Part shown: one piece after another, positions 36,933 through 47,049 of the stretch | Layout: every line of letters starts with the position of its first letter | Position numbering within the stretch: position 1 is the first letter of the stretch | Assembly: GCA_963664395.2 (NCBI GenBank) | Contig: OY761159.2 | Location: 416,001 to 480,000, forward strand | DNA from: Candidatus Binatia bacterium | GTDB taxonomy: Bacteria; Desulfobacterota; Binatia; Bin18 | Length of the DNA stretch: 64,000 nt | Reading direction: 5' to 3' | Notes under the pieces: model-generated | What the model was told of the DNA's origin: nothing | The model's database searches: none | Seen by the model: the letters and a program-made list of their open reading frames with translations, nothing else | Made by a program: the position numbers and the translations under genes

Positions 36933-37793
36933 ATGACAGCTACACAAGCCAACACAGCACAGATTGAGTATTGGAACGAACGCGGCGGCCCGCAATGGGT
37001 ACAACTCCAAGAACGGCTCGATGCCCAGCTTGGTCCGTTAGGCCTGGTCGCATTGGATAAAGCAGCCGCGCAGCCAGGCGAGTCCGTTCTTGATGTGGGA
37101 TGCGGCTGCGGACAAACATCACTTGCTCTCGCTAAGCAGGTCGGTCCGCGGGGTTCGGTCACCGGGATCGATATATCCCAGCCCATGCTGGGCAGGGCAC
37201 GCCAACGACAACAGGAGCAACAACTTCAGAACCTGACCTTTATTCATGCAGACGCGCAGACGTATCCGCTTGAGCCAGACAGCGTTGACCTGCTCTTTTC
37301 CCGCTTTGGCGTCATGTTTTTCGAGGACGCGCCAACGGCATTTGGCAATCTTCGACCTGCCCTTCGTCCAGGAGGACGCTTGTGCTTCATTTGCTGGCAG
37401 GAGTTACAGAAGAATGACTGGATTCGGGTACCGCTCCAAGCCGCGGCTCAGCATATTCCCCTCCCCCCTCCACCAGAGCCTGGTACGCCGGGCCCGTTCT
37501 CCTTGGCGGGCGCTGATCGGGTGCGTGGTATTCTTGAGTCAGCTGGCTTTCGAGACGTGAACCTCCAGCCCTACGAAACAGATGTCAGTTTAGGTGGAGC
37601 AACAGGCATAGCCGGCGCTATCGAATTCCTGCTGGCAATCGGTCCGGTTGCGGCCCTGTTGCGCGAGTCAGATGATGCTATGCGCACGCGCGTTGCAGAG
37701 GCCATCCGCGCGGCTCTCGCCCCGCACATAGACGGAAATCATGTGAATCTTCCGAGTGCGACGTGGATTGTGCGGGCCAGCGTCAGCCCGTAG
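36933..37793 (+). CDS. Class I SAM-dependent methyltransferase
   Basis: VLDVGCGCG, GIDIS..ML, ADA, SRFGVMFF and LRPGGRL motifs. Confidence 0.9.
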   Translation: MTATQANTAQIEYWNERGGPQWVQLQERLDAQLGPLGLVALDKAAAQPGESVLDVGCGCGQTSLALAKQVGPRGSVTGIDISQPMLGRARQRQQEQQLQNLTFIHADAQTYPLEPDSVDLLFSRFGVMFFEDAPTAFGNLRPALRPGGRLCFICWQELQKNDWIRVPLQAAAQHIPLPPPPEPGTPGPFSLAGADRVRGILESAGFRDVNLQPYETDVSLGGATGIAGAIEFLLAIGPVAALLRESDDAMRTRVAEAIRAALAPHIDGNHVNLPSATWIVRASVSP

Positions 37794-37819
37794 AAAAGAG
37801 CGCGGCTCAGGCTTTGAAT

Positions 37820-37856
37820 CCCCTCTCCCCGTGAGGGAGAGGGCCAGGATCAGGGG
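37820..37856. repeat. Intergenic palindromic repeat (ccctctccc family)
   Basis: ccctctccccgtgagggagaggg; related to 24546-24578. Confidence 0.55.
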
Positions 37857-37890
37857 TCCCCGCACGAGGGTCGCCGGGAGGGATATTTTC

Positions 37891-39894
37891 TTACGCCGGT
37901 CGCGCGCTCATAGGCTCTGTGGAAAGGGTCAGCGCGCTGCCCGAACGCATTTTGGTGCGGACATTATCCACTACAGTCCCATAGTGAATGCCAATAATCG
38001 ACAATTCAAAAGCCTTCACCAGATGTGATCCGGGGAAGCAAAACAGGGCGCGTTTCGTATTCAAATACTCGCGGGCGGCCTCATAGACCGATTGGGCTTC
38101 CGACCGTGGCAGAACGCCCTTGGCAACCGCTTCTCCTACGCGTTGGACAAAATCCTGGACTTCTGTCAGACCCATGTCAGGCCGGCAGCGCACCAAAGCG
38201 TTCTGCGCATAGGACAGCATCTCGGCAAAACGCTTCTCATCCTGTCCATCCAGCTCAATATAATTCTTGGCGGCGGCCCCTACTCTGTCCCAATAGGAAC
38301 CCAGATTCTGAGCTTCAGTTCGGATGTCCCGGAGGAGTTGTTTATCAAGCTGGACGGCGCGTTTGAGCAAGTGGAGGTAGCCACGCTGTTCCTTCATCGA
38401 TAATCCACCCAGGCCTTGCCTTGCAAATGAGCGAACAGCAGCAAAGACCACATTCACATCAATATGGCGACTCCTGAAAATATGGGCATCAAGGCGACCA
38501 ATCAGGCGCTCCGCCCGTCCATACATGGCCTGCGGGCTGAACAGCGATTCCAGGATATGCAGAAAGCCACGCTGCAGATTGTCGAGGCCCATTACCGGTT
38601 TGAACTGCACGGTGGCGTCAACATTATTGCACGCCAGTTCAGCTTCCAGCAGGCGTCCCTGCTCCTTGAGTTCGACGTACAGAGGCGTATGCGGCATCGG
38701 CGTCAAGGTGCCCGTCATGGCCGAGAACACTCCATTCGTTTCTACAAAGTCAACAATATTGTCAGCCGTCTGGAGGGTGTCGGTATCTGCGCCGAAAATA
38801 AATCCGGCCTGCACCTCAATGCCATGTTTCTGGAGTAATCCGACCGTATCCTTTGGCGCGGTTTTGATATTCTGAATTTTATTCATCTGCCGCAACGCCA
38901 CCGGATCGGGATTTTCGATGCCCAGGAAGACCGTGGCAAACCCGGCCTGTTGCATCCGTGCAATGAGATAGGAAAGCGACTCTTTGCCAAGGTCAATACT
39001 CGCCTGGGTAAAGAATTCAAAGGGATAGTTGTGTTGACGCTGGAATTCCGTCATAGCATCCAAGATCTCTTCCATGGCCTTGGGTTCGGACACAAAATTA
39101 TCATCAACCGTGAAAACCCCGCCACGAAAGCCTGTGTCATAGATGGCTTGTAATTCCCGTGTGACATCATCCCGCCCCTTGGCTCGGGGGAAACCGCCAT
39201 TGAACTGAATGATGTCACAGAAATTGCACCGAAAGCGGCAGCCGGCCGTGGTCTGCAACATCAAGGCCCGATAGTTGCCCACATCAATCAAATCCCAACG
39301 TGGGCTGGGCAGACCGTCAAAAGGTTCGAAAATCGAGCGGTCTTGGAGATATTTGCGGGAGGCCTCCGGTTCGTTGAGGACTCGTTCGGGGATGAACAGA
39401 AAAGGTGACTCGTCACTATGTTTGGGCGACTCTTCAAGGCGACGATTGAGATCGGCAATCCAGGGACCGACCTCACCCCAGGCGATATAGTCGAGGCCCT
39501 GATGCAGAACCGCATCTATGTCGTTCTTGGGGTCCATAATGGAGCTGCGATATGTCGATGCCAGGGGTCCACCCAGAACCCAGGGAGTGTCCAAGCCTTG
39601 AGCCGGGCCTTTCAGCAGATGTACTAACGAGTCGCGCTGGACATTCATCGCCCCGGTAAAGACGGCGTCACTGTCCTGAATTTTCTTTCGGATTTTCTGC
39701 GGCGCCGGCCGCTCGATATTCAAATCAACCAGTTCAAATTCCCATTCGTCCTGCGGCATCATTGCCGCGAAGGTCAGTAGCCCAAGCGGCGGAAAGGGTG
39801 CTTTCCGCCGGATATACTTCATGACATATTTATAACTCCAGAAGGAATCAGCCGGGAATTCCGGTGCAATCAGGAGTCCTTTTTTCACACGCAT
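37891..39894 (-). CDS. B12-binding radical SAM protein (DUF4070-type, HpnP-related family)
   Basis: P.FP..SFWS, PPLGL.T.AA, GGP, CRFRCNFC, VDDNF and F.GIE motifs. Confidence 0.9.
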   Translation of the reverse strand: MRVKKGLLIAPEFPADSFWSYKYVMKYIRRKAPFPPLGLLTFAAMMPQDEWEFELVDLNIERPAPQKIRKKIQDSDAVFTGAMNVQRDSLVHLLKGPAQGLDTPWVLGGPLASTYRSSIMDPKNDIDAVLHQGLDYIAWGEVGPWIADLNRRLEESPKHSDESPFLFIPERVLNEPEASRKYLQDRSIFEPFDGLPSPRWDLIDVGNYRALMLQTTAGCRFRCNFCDIIQFNGGFPRAKGRDDVTRELQAIYDTGFRGGVFTVDDNFVSEPKAMEEILDAMTEFQRQHNYPFEFFTQASIDLGKESLSYLIARMQQAGFATVFLGIENPDPVALRQMNKIQNIKTAPKDTVGLLQKHGIEVQAGFIFGADTDTLQTADNIVDFVETNGVFSAMTGTLTPMPHTPLYVELKEQGRLLEAELACNNVDATVQFKPVMGLDNLQRGFLHILESLFSPQAMYGRAERLIGRLDAHIFRSRHIDVNVVFAAVRSFARQGLGGLSMKEQRGYLHLLKRAVQLDKQLLRDIRTEAQNLGSYWDRVGAAAKNYIELDGQDEKRFAEMLSYAQNALVRCRPDMGLTEVQDFVQRVGEAVAKGVLPRSEAQSVYEAAREYLNTKRALFCFPGSHLVKAFELSIIGIHYGTVVDNVRTKMRSGSALTLSTEPMSARPA

Positions 39895-40243
39895 AGTGTT
39901 GCCCCCTTGCTACCACCCGTTATGGGGAAGGAAGTTCTTGTTGTTGCCCGCATCCGCATGAGGTTACCGCGCTCGACTATGGGATTCTGAGGAACGCAAT
40001 ATCATCACTCCCTCTCACGCACGGTCTAGATATTCATTACCTCTTTATCCTGCACAATTCAATGCACTCAAGTGACCAACTATAGTGAGGACTCATTATT
40101 GTCCCCTCCTCTCCGTACTCCCCCCAAAGGAGCTAACCACCTCTTAATTGCTAGAGCATAGGTCAGATGGTATAAAAACGTCTTTAATTAGCTGCCGGGC
40201 GGGTTTCACGAGCCGGGCCAACCGCCAGCCAACAGGGGGGAAC

Positions 40244-41494
40244 ATGCAGAAGTTACTATTGGCTTTTACCGTCGGCGTATTCGGCTTTCTGTGGACGTCC
40301 GCCTGGGCGGAGATGTCTGCCACGGCCATACAGGCGATGTTTCATCCCTATGCCAACGGCAAGCCGGCGGTGGAGGGCCTGGCTCCCGGAACGCGGATCG
40401 GACCGGATTCGTGGCAGGCAGCCCAAGACTATCTGCCAGCCGAAATCCTCGACAAAATCAAAGCCGGCGAACTGGCGTTTGAAGTCCGGGAAACAACCGA
40501 TCTGCCGGTGAGCGACGCCTATATCACGGCCACGCAGAACCACGCCGAACACGTGCAACTTGGCGCGGACAGCGAACTCGGCGGCTATGTGGCCGGGATG
40601 CCCTTCCCCATTCTCGATCCGGCAGACCCCCAAGCCGGGCTGAAGGCAGCCTGGAATCTGCGCTACCGTGATTTTGGGACTATCGTGCAAATCTGGAATA
40701 CCTTTCGCCTCATAGAAGAATCCGGCGCCGTCAATCGGGAGATCGAAAACTATTATGTCGTGGCCTACGGCATGCACCGACCGCCAACGGATGGCCCCGA
40801 TCCCAACATTTGGCAGGAAGAGGGTCTGCTGTATAAGGAATATTATCACATCACCGCGCCGTTTGATCTGAAAAATACGATCAGTCTGAAGCATCGTCAT
40901 GTACGTGACCAGGCCAAGGATGACGACTGGGTCTATTCCCCGTCCGGGCGCAAGATTCGCAAGATCATCGTGAAACACGAAGATACCGCGCTCGACTCGG
41001 GCCTGCTGAACGACGACTACTTTGGCTTCTCCGGTTATATCCGCAGCTATACGTGGAAGCTGGTGGGCATACAGACGCTCCTCGCGCCGGTCGGTGTCCA
41101 GGCGGTAAAAACGACCTTTGGCGGGCGCGGAGGCTGGTATCCGGTCGATCCCTGGGAGTTGCGCGAGATGGTGGTCCTCGAAGGGGTGCCAAAGACCGAC
41201 GATCATCCCTATAGCAAACGTGTGCTGTATATCGACCGCCAGATGTTTGTGCCCGTTTATGCTCTCATGTATGACCGCACTGGGGCACACGCCAAGACCG
41301 TGTTCGAGCTGTACGGAAACCCGAAATTTAACCCTGGCAACGAACATGTGCGCGTGCCGGTGTGGACCGGTGAGACCATGATTGACTATCAGGATGCGTT
41401 CGGATCGGTCACCGAAATAACCAAAATTATCTGCAATGAGCCGCTGCCGGCCGACTTTTTCAATCTCAACAAAATTGTCGCCAGAGGGCGCTAG
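40244..41494 (+). CDS. DUF1329-like periplasmic protein
   Basis: Signal peptide; G.PFP....DPQAG.K..WN, W.Y.P..RK.R and HPYSKR..YID motifs. Confidence 0.8.
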   Translation: MQKLLLAFTVGVFGFLWTSAWAEMSATAIQAMFHPYANGKPAVEGLAPGTRIGPDSWQAAQDYLPAEILDKIKAGELAFEVRETTDLPVSDAYITATQNHAEHVQLGADSELGGYVAGMPFPILDPADPQAGLKAAWNLRYRDFGTIVQIWNTFRLIEESGAVNREIENYYVVAYGMHRPPTDGPDPNIWQEEGLLYKEYYHITAPFDLKNTISLKHRHVRDQAKDDDWVYSPSGRKIRKIIVKHEDTALDSGLLNDDYFGFSGYIRSYTWKLVGIQTLLAPVGVQAVKTTFGGRGGWYPVDPWELREMVVLEGVPKTDDHPYSKRVLYIDRQMFVPVYALMYDRTGAHAKTVFELYGNPKFNPGNEHVRVPVWTGETMIDYQDAFGSVTEITKIICNEPLPADFFNLNKIVARGR

Positions 41495-41559
41495 TGCGGA
41501 GTCCGAAGACGCTTGTCAGTCTCCTCATTACACCCCTGTCCGGCTACTCGATGTTCTAT

Positions 41560-41651
41560 CCCCTCCTTGGAGGGGTGGCCGCAGGCCGGGGTGGGTTCTC
41601 TAGCCGATGAAACATACCCCGCCGCTATGCGGCACCCCTCTCAAGAGGGGA
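41560..41651. repeat. Palindromic repeat unit, second copy of 31552-31656
   Basis: cccctccttggaggggtgg...ggggtgggttc...accccgccgct..gcggcacccctc.caagagggga; partial copies near 25869 and 59107. Confidence 0.7.
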
Positions 41652-41696
41652 AAGCGTTGTTCCTTTTCACTTATGGACAAAATTTACCAAAAGACT

Positions 41697-43385
41697 ATGT
41701 TGCGGGCCTGCCCTGCTTTTGTTTCTCTTTGCCTGCTCTTCCTTGCCCTGCCCCTCTCCCCCGCCCGCGCGGACTTCACCTATGGTGATCTTTCCCTGTC
41801 CGGCAATCTGCAAACGCAGCAGATCTTTCGTCATCCGGAACCGGACAAATGGTCGATCATTCAGCAGCGCAACGTCCTCCGAGCGCGGGTGGAGTATGAC
41901 TGGATCAAAAACGGTCAGGCGTTCAGCCGCTTCTCCCTACCGGGCATAGACTATGCGAACTTTGTCGGCCTGTACCGGGGCGTGTATGACAGCGTGTACG
42001 ATTTTCAACCGGGTCCGCGCCAAGACGTGTTTCCCTATCGCGGCCAAGCCGGCCGTGACGGCACCTTCTCCGCGCTCTCCCACAGAGCGGCCCATGCCCT
42101 GCGCTTTGAGAGTACGTTTCGCGAAGTCTTCACCGACATCGAGTTCGCCCGGATACCACTGTCCTTGCGACTCGGTCGTCAAATGGTGGTGTGGGGAGAG
42201 TCTGACAATCTACGGCTGCTCGACCGCACCAACGCGCTGGATACCACCTGGCACGGGGGCGGCGTTGGCCAGGAGACCTGGGACGACCTGCGTATTCCGT
42301 ATTGGATGATACGCGGCACCTATAGTTTTGGTCGGATTGGGAGTTTGAGCGATGTGTATGCCGAGTCCTATTGGGTGCCGGGGCTGTGGGTGCCGCTCAA
42401 ATTTGGCTTCTCTCCGGGGCGTCCCTGGAGTTCGCCGAGTGCGAATCCGTTTGGGGGGAGTCCGACCGGAGGAAATTTCAGGCTCCTCAACCGCACGGCC
42501 CTGGGTCGGCGGGGCAACTATAGTAAAAGCATCGATGAGAATAGCCAGGTCGGCTTCCGGGTAGGCGCAACCACTCCGCAGGGTATTACCTTCACCCTGA
42601 ACTATCTGTATCAACGCGTGGCCCACGATGATGGAGTCAATACCTCCGGTCTACGTGGTCTCAACCAGTGCCGGCTTGGAACACTGGGCTGTGAGACGGT
42701 AGCCGACGTTGCCCGCAGCAATACCGATCTGATGGAGCGCGGCATTCTACCGGCGGAAGCCTACTATCCCTATACCCATGCGGTCGGCATCTCCGCCAGT
42801 TATGCGGACGATGACTATACCGAGGGCGTGTGGCGCATGGAAACGATTTATGAGTTCGGCAAGCCCTTCGCCGATAAACGCAAGCCGATTATGATTCTGG
42901 ATGAGGGCGAGCGGCCCATAGAGAGTGGCTTCCTGGGGATTAAGAAGAGCGATGTCTGGCAGGCGTTTATCGGCTTTGACCGCCCGACCTGGATGCGCGC
43001 CCTCAACCGCCGCTCCACGTTTTTCCTGACCTCGCAGGTCTTCTGGCAATATATTCCGACCAGCACCTCCCGTTTTCAGGGGCAGATTTCAGCCACGGAC
43101 AAAGTCCGCAATTGGGAAGCCGTCGGCACGATTGCCGCCAGCACCACCTATATGCGAGGCAAGCTCCTGCCGGTGGCCTTCTTTGTCATTGACCCGATCA
43201 ACCACTACAGTTCCCAGCTCGGCTGGGTAGTGGATTACTATATCACTCCCCGGCTGATCGTCCGGCTCGCCCAGAATTATTTCTTCGTGCCCGGCTTTGG
43301 CGGCCAGGTGGACGAGAGCTGGGGGTTGGGCGGACTGTATCGCAAGCGGGACGAGACCGTTGTCCGCCTGACCTATCAGTTTTAG
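41697..43385 (+). CDS. DUF1302-like outer-membrane beta-barrel protein
   Basis: Signal peptide; R.GRQ.VVWGESD..R.LD motif; C-terminal LTYQF; follows the DUF1329 gene. Confidence 0.8.
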   Translation: MLRACPAFVSLCLLFLALPLSPARADFTYGDLSLSGNLQTQQIFRHPEPDKWSIIQQRNVLRARVEYDWIKNGQAFSRFSLPGIDYANFVGLYRGVYDSVYDFQPGPRQDVFPYRGQAGRDGTFSALSHRAAHALRFESTFREVFTDIEFARIPLSLRLGRQMVVWGESDNLRLLDRTNALDTTWHGGGVGQETWDDLRIPYWMIRGTYSFGRIGSLSDVYAESYWVPGLWVPLKFGFSPGRPWSSPSANPFGGSPTGGNFRLLNRTALGRRGNYSKSIDENSQVGFRVGATTPQGITFTLNYLYQRVAHDDGVNTSGLRGLNQCRLGTLGCETVADVARSNTDLMERGILPAEAYYPYTHAVGISASYADDDYTEGVWRMETIYEFGKPFADKRKPIMILDEGERPIESGFLGIKKSDVWQAFIGFDRPTWMRALNRRSTFFLTSQVFWQYIPTSTSRFQGQISATDKVRNWEAVGTIAASTTYMRGKLLPVAFFVIDPINHYSSQLGWVVDYYITPRLIVRLAQNYFFVPGFGGQVDESWGLGGLYRKRDETVVRLTYQF

Positions 43386-43388
43386 CGA

Positions 43389-44222
43389 TTACGCCTCAAC
43401 CGGCGTATCCGCCAGGCGTCCCCACAGATTCCACGAGGCGTCGAAACTGCGCACGGACGGATAGCCGAGCAGTTGGGTCAGTACAAACCAGGTATGGGCC
43501 GAGCGGATGCCAACCGCGCAGTAGGTGATCGTTTCCTTGTCGGCGGTGACGCCGTGGCTGGCGTACAGGGCGGCCAGCTCGTCCGCGGACTTAAACGTGT
43601 CGTCCTCGTTGAGCGCATCCTCATAATAGAGGTGGGTTGCGCCCGGAATATGGCCGGCCCGCTCGCTGCCCTGGGGCGGCTCCAGCAGGAATAATTCACC
43701 CCGATATTCCTCGGGTGTGCGGACGTCCAGCAAGACCTGGTTCTCTTGCCCAACGGCAGCCTGGACGCGTTCCTGTAAAGCCCGCAGGTCCGGGTCGGGT
43801 TCTCGGGCGGCATAACTCGTTGCCGTAACGGTCGGCACCTCGGTCGTCAGCGCGTGGCCGTCGGCCACCCATTTCTTGCGTCCGCCGTTGAGGATGCGCA
43901 CATCAGCGTGACCGACGGATTTGAGAAACCAGAATACCCATGGAGCAATCGCACTATGGTCGCTATAGGCGATCACAGTGGTGTCGTTGTCTATGCCCGC
44001 CCGTCCGCAGAACTGTTCTACTGAGTCTTTGTCAAAATTGACGCTCCAGTCCGGCTTGAGCAGGGTCCCAAAACCGTTCCAAAAGACTGCCCCTGGAATA
44101 TGGCCGGACTCGTACGGCGCCGGGTCAATATGCGTGTCAACGATCCGCACCTGCGGGTCAGTCAAGTGTTCGACAACCCACTGCGGGTCAACAAGCACCT
44201 CAGGATGTGCATAATCTTTCAT
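43389..44222 (-). CDS. Two-domain sulfurtransferase (rhodanese, CysA/SseA-like)
   Basis: GHIPGA twice, LNGG..KW, YCAVGIRS and FDASW..W motifs. Confidence 0.92.
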   Translation of the reverse strand: MKDYAHPEVLVDPQWVVEHLTDPQVRIVDTHIDPAPYESGHIPGAVFWNGFGTLLKPDWSVNFDKDSVEQFCGRAGIDNDTTVIAYSDHSAIAPWVFWFLKSVGHADVRILNGGRKKWVADGHALTTEVPTVTATSYAAREPDPDLRALQERVQAAVGQENQVLLDVRTPEEYRGELFLLEPPQGSERAGHIPGATHLYYEDALNEDDTFKSADELAALYASHGVTADKETITYCAVGIRSAHTWFVLTQLLGYPSVRSFDASWNLWGRLADTPVEA

Positions 44223-44406
44223 CGATTCTATCTCCTCTGTTCAGGCTAAGGGACGTGCTCGACACCCTACGCAACCGGCGACACTCGGGTCAACGGCGCC
44301 ACAAGTAAACAGGATAGTCGCCGGTATTTGTGAACATTGCTTGCCCCATTCCCGCCGAGACGCTAAAGAGGACTCACGTGCAGAGCGCGGCGAGGAGAAC
44401 GAAACC

Positions 44407-45057
44407 ATGGCTGACGAACGAGACGTGCATGTTCCAGCAACCCAGGGCGCGGCCTGCGTGGTCCGGCAAGGAGAAACGATTCGCATTGTTGATGTGGAAG
44501 GCCAGCAGATCTGCGATTTCGTGTGTTTTCACCTGCATCACCTGGCAGAAAAGCTGTCTACCGGTGAAACCGTGAATTTCAATACGTTGACCGGAAGTTG
44601 ATGTGGAAGGCCAGCAGATCTGCGATTTCGTGGTTCCCTGCATTTCACGGTCGGCAGCAGGTTCTACTCAAATCTCCAGCATCCAATGTTTGAGATTGTT
44701 GAGGACCAGGCCAACGGAGTGCACGACGCCCTGTTTGCTCCGTGCAGCAGCGCTTTATATGCGGCGGCGGGCGCTCTCAACCATCGCAATTGTCGAGACA
44801 ACCTCACTGAGGCGGTGGAGCCGTATGGCCTTGGCTACCTCGACGTGCCCGATCCGATTAACCTGTTCCAATATACGCGTGTCCGAGCCGATGGGAGCAT
44901 TGATGGTCGCCCCGCGGCAACCCAAGCGGGAGAATATGTCGCCCTGAAAGCGCTCATGGACTGCCTGGTCGCAGTCTCGGCGTGCCCCTATGACATAGAA
45001 ATTGACGGCCAGCGACCCAATGGTGCACGGTGTAGTCCTCTAAAAATTGAGTTCTAG
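44407..45057 (+). pseudogene. DUF1989 (urea carboxylase-associated) family gene interrupted by a 36-bp duplication
   Basis: G..IRI.D.EG.Q..D, HD....CS, H.NC.DNL, P.NLF and V.SACP motifs; bases 44488-44523 are repeated at 44597-44632, creating an in-frame TGA. Confidence 0.8.
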
Positions 45058-45064
45058 GAAAACG

Positions 45065-45985
45065 CTACGACTCCAACCCCTCACGCAACGGCGTGTGAGG
45101 GACTCGTTCCTTCCAAGGCTTGTACGTCTGCGCGTTCTCGGGCGTGATGAGCCGCCCAAGACCGGCAATGAAAGACTCGCCGTGTAAGTCTTCCCCATCA
45201 AGCAGCACACGCGTTATCAGATCACCCATCGTTGCTCCGATGTTGGTAATCTCAATATCCCACGTTCCGTGAGACTTTCCGGCAAGAACTGCTTCGACGG
45301 CCTTTGGACTGCCGTTGCGCGATACTATTTTCATCTCACCAGAGCGGCCGGCCGCCTCTATCGCATCGAGTGTTCCCAGCATGGTTTCGTCGTTGAACGG
45401 AATCAGACCGGCCAAGCCTGTAAAATCAGCCAAGAGGCGACGAGCCGCCTCTCGACCGCCTGCGGCTACGTCTTCCAGGTTACGGTAGCGTTCCTCAAAT
45501 GGATCATTGACAAGGCTGAACCCGCTCTGTCTCACTCCGTGAACGATTCCAGTGACAAGCTCAATGTCATCAATGACTTCCGGCCCGCCGATTATCGCGA
45601 CCCGTGCCCCAACAGACAGAAGCGAGGCCAGATATTCAGCCATATACACGCCGTGATTAAAGTTCGCGTAGACTAACGACGCATCGACCGGATAACGTGG
45701 TCGCTCAAACGAGCAGACCGGAATGCCCTGTTGGCGAGCGGCCTCGACCGCCTCGGCAGGCTGTACGGGATCAAGGACATACACGATGATAGCGTCCACC
45801 CCAGCCTGAACACCTTGCCGAATCGCTTGATGCTGTCTCTCGATCCAATCCGGCCTGCGCACATCCACTGTCAGCGTCCGCAGCTCAATCCCCGCCTGTT
45901 GCAAGCGGTGATCAAGTCCATGAGCTAGCGCATCCAGACCTGGGTGCGCCCCGTATTCCATTACATTGACGTAGAGTACCCGCAC
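45065..45985 (-). CDS. RbsB/LacI-type sugar-binding-fold protein without a signal peptide
   Basis: VDAIIV...D, GIPV..F, N...G...AEYL and NDE..LG motifs. Confidence 0.8.
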   Translation of the reverse strand: MRVLYVNVMEYGAHPGLDALAHGLDHRLQQAGIELRTLTVDVRRPDWIERQHQAIRQGVQAGVDAIIVYVLDPVQPAEAVEAARQQGIPVCSFERPRYPVDASLVYANFNHGVYMAEYLASLLSVGARVAIIGGPEVIDDIELVTGIVHGVRQSGFSLVNDPFEERYRNLEDVAAGGREAARRLLADFTGLAGLIPFNDETMLGTLDAIEAAGRSGEMKIVSRNGSPKAVEAVLAGKSHGTWDIEITNIGATMGDLITRVLLDGEDLHGESFIAGLGRLITPENAQTYKPWKERVPHTPLREGLES

Positions 45986-45999
45986 GACATCCCCCCGCT

Positions 46000-46926
46000 T
46001 TAGAGCCCGACTGACAGCGGCGTGCAGTCTACCCGCTCTGACCAGGGCTGCCAGCTTTCAATATTGTTTTGGGTAATCATCCGGCCAGCCGGACTCATGG
46101 TCAGGTAATCTTCAAGGCCTTCGCCACCCACCAGATGACGGACAACCAAATCGCCGAGGGTTGTTCCAATCCCTGAGGCATCCAGGTCCCAGGTGCCGAG
46201 GGTTTTCCCGGCACGGACCATCTCAACCGCTTGCGGAGAACCATTCCGAGAGACGATCTTGATGGCACCCAGCCTTCCGGTTTCTTCGAGCACGCTTACG
46301 CAGCCGAGCATGGTCTCGTCATTATAGGGAATGAGTCCTTGCAGTTGTGACTGAGGGACCTCCTCCAGCAGGCGTAAGGTTGGTTCACGCGCGCCTTCCG
46401 ACACGTCTTGGACATTGCAATACTGTGTATCCTCAGGGTCATTCAGCAAACGACAGTGGCTGCGTTTCAGCGCGTATACCAAACCGGCCACTTCTTCTGC
46501 ATCGTCCACCGTATCCGGTCCTCCAATCACGCCCACGCCACTGTCTGTCGGCAAAACCGAGGCCAAATATTCAGCCATGAACACGCCGTGATTGAAATTC
46601 GGATACACCACAGACGCATTGACTGGGTAATGCGGTTTCACAAAAGAAAAGACGGGAATTCCTGCCGAGCGCGCCTTGGCAACCGCCTCACCAAATAGTG
46701 TCGGGTCGAGGGCATAAATAACAATACCATCGACCTTCGCCCGTATCCCTGCCTCGATCGCGGCCTCATATTTTTTGCGCATGTCCGGTTCGCGGAAATC
46801 GGCAAACAGCACCGGCAGCCGGATATCCGCGGCGTGCAGGACCGATTGCAGCCCGTAGGCGAGCGCGTCTATGGCGGGATTGGCATCGAGGTGAATGGGG
46901 TTCACATATAAGACTCGCTTACTCAT
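46000..46926 (-). CDS. RbsB/LacI-type sugar-binding-fold protein without a signal peptide (paralog of the adjacent gene)
   Basis: MSKRVLYVN start; shares Y.NFNHGV.MAEYLAS, P.NDETMLG, KIVSRNGSP and GTWD with its neighbour. Confidence 0.8.
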   Translation of the reverse strand: MSKRVLYVNPIHLDANPAIDALAYGLQSVLHAADIRLPVLFADFREPDMRKKYEAAIEAGIRAKVDGIVIYALDPTLFGEAVAKARSAGIPVFSFVKPHYPVNASVVYPNFNHGVFMAEYLASVLPTDSGVGVIGGPDTVDDAEEVAGLVYALKRSHCRLLNDPEDTQYCNVQDVSEGAREPTLRLLEEVPQSQLQGLIPYNDETMLGCVSVLEETGRLGAIKIVSRNGSPQAVEMVRAGKTLGTWDLDASGIGTTLGDLVVRHLVGGEGLEDYLTMSPAGRMITQNNIESWQPWSERVDCTPLSVGL

Positions 46927-47049
46927 GGCCGACCTCGTATTATGTTTTTTCGCCACGTAGCACGCGGGGGTGACAGGTGCAAGCGAAAGACCGACTTCCT
47001 TTTCCCCTCCGTGTGGAGAAATGGCAAAAAACATTATACACACAGCGCT

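Noticed and set aside
39895-40243. Possible cobalamin riboswitch upstream of the B12-radical SAM gene
   Set aside because: No recognisable B12 box or conserved core on either strand.
40256-41347. Long antisense or alternate-frame ORFs (e.g. 40256..41347, 55791..56915, 26305..27417, 1174..2052)
   Set aside because: They shadow well-supported genes, lack motifs, and are expected at high GC content.
44270-44400. Hairpins upstream of the DUF1989 gene as a possible guanidine riboswitch
   Set aside because: Stems exist (ccggcgac/gtcgccgg), but I could not match guanidine-I, II or III consensus features. An Rfam/Infernal scan would settle it.
44599-44604. In-frame TGA-TGT (possible Sec-Cys) in the DUF1989 gene
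   Set aside because: It lies inside an exact out-of-register duplicate of upstream sequence, not at a conserved Cys position.
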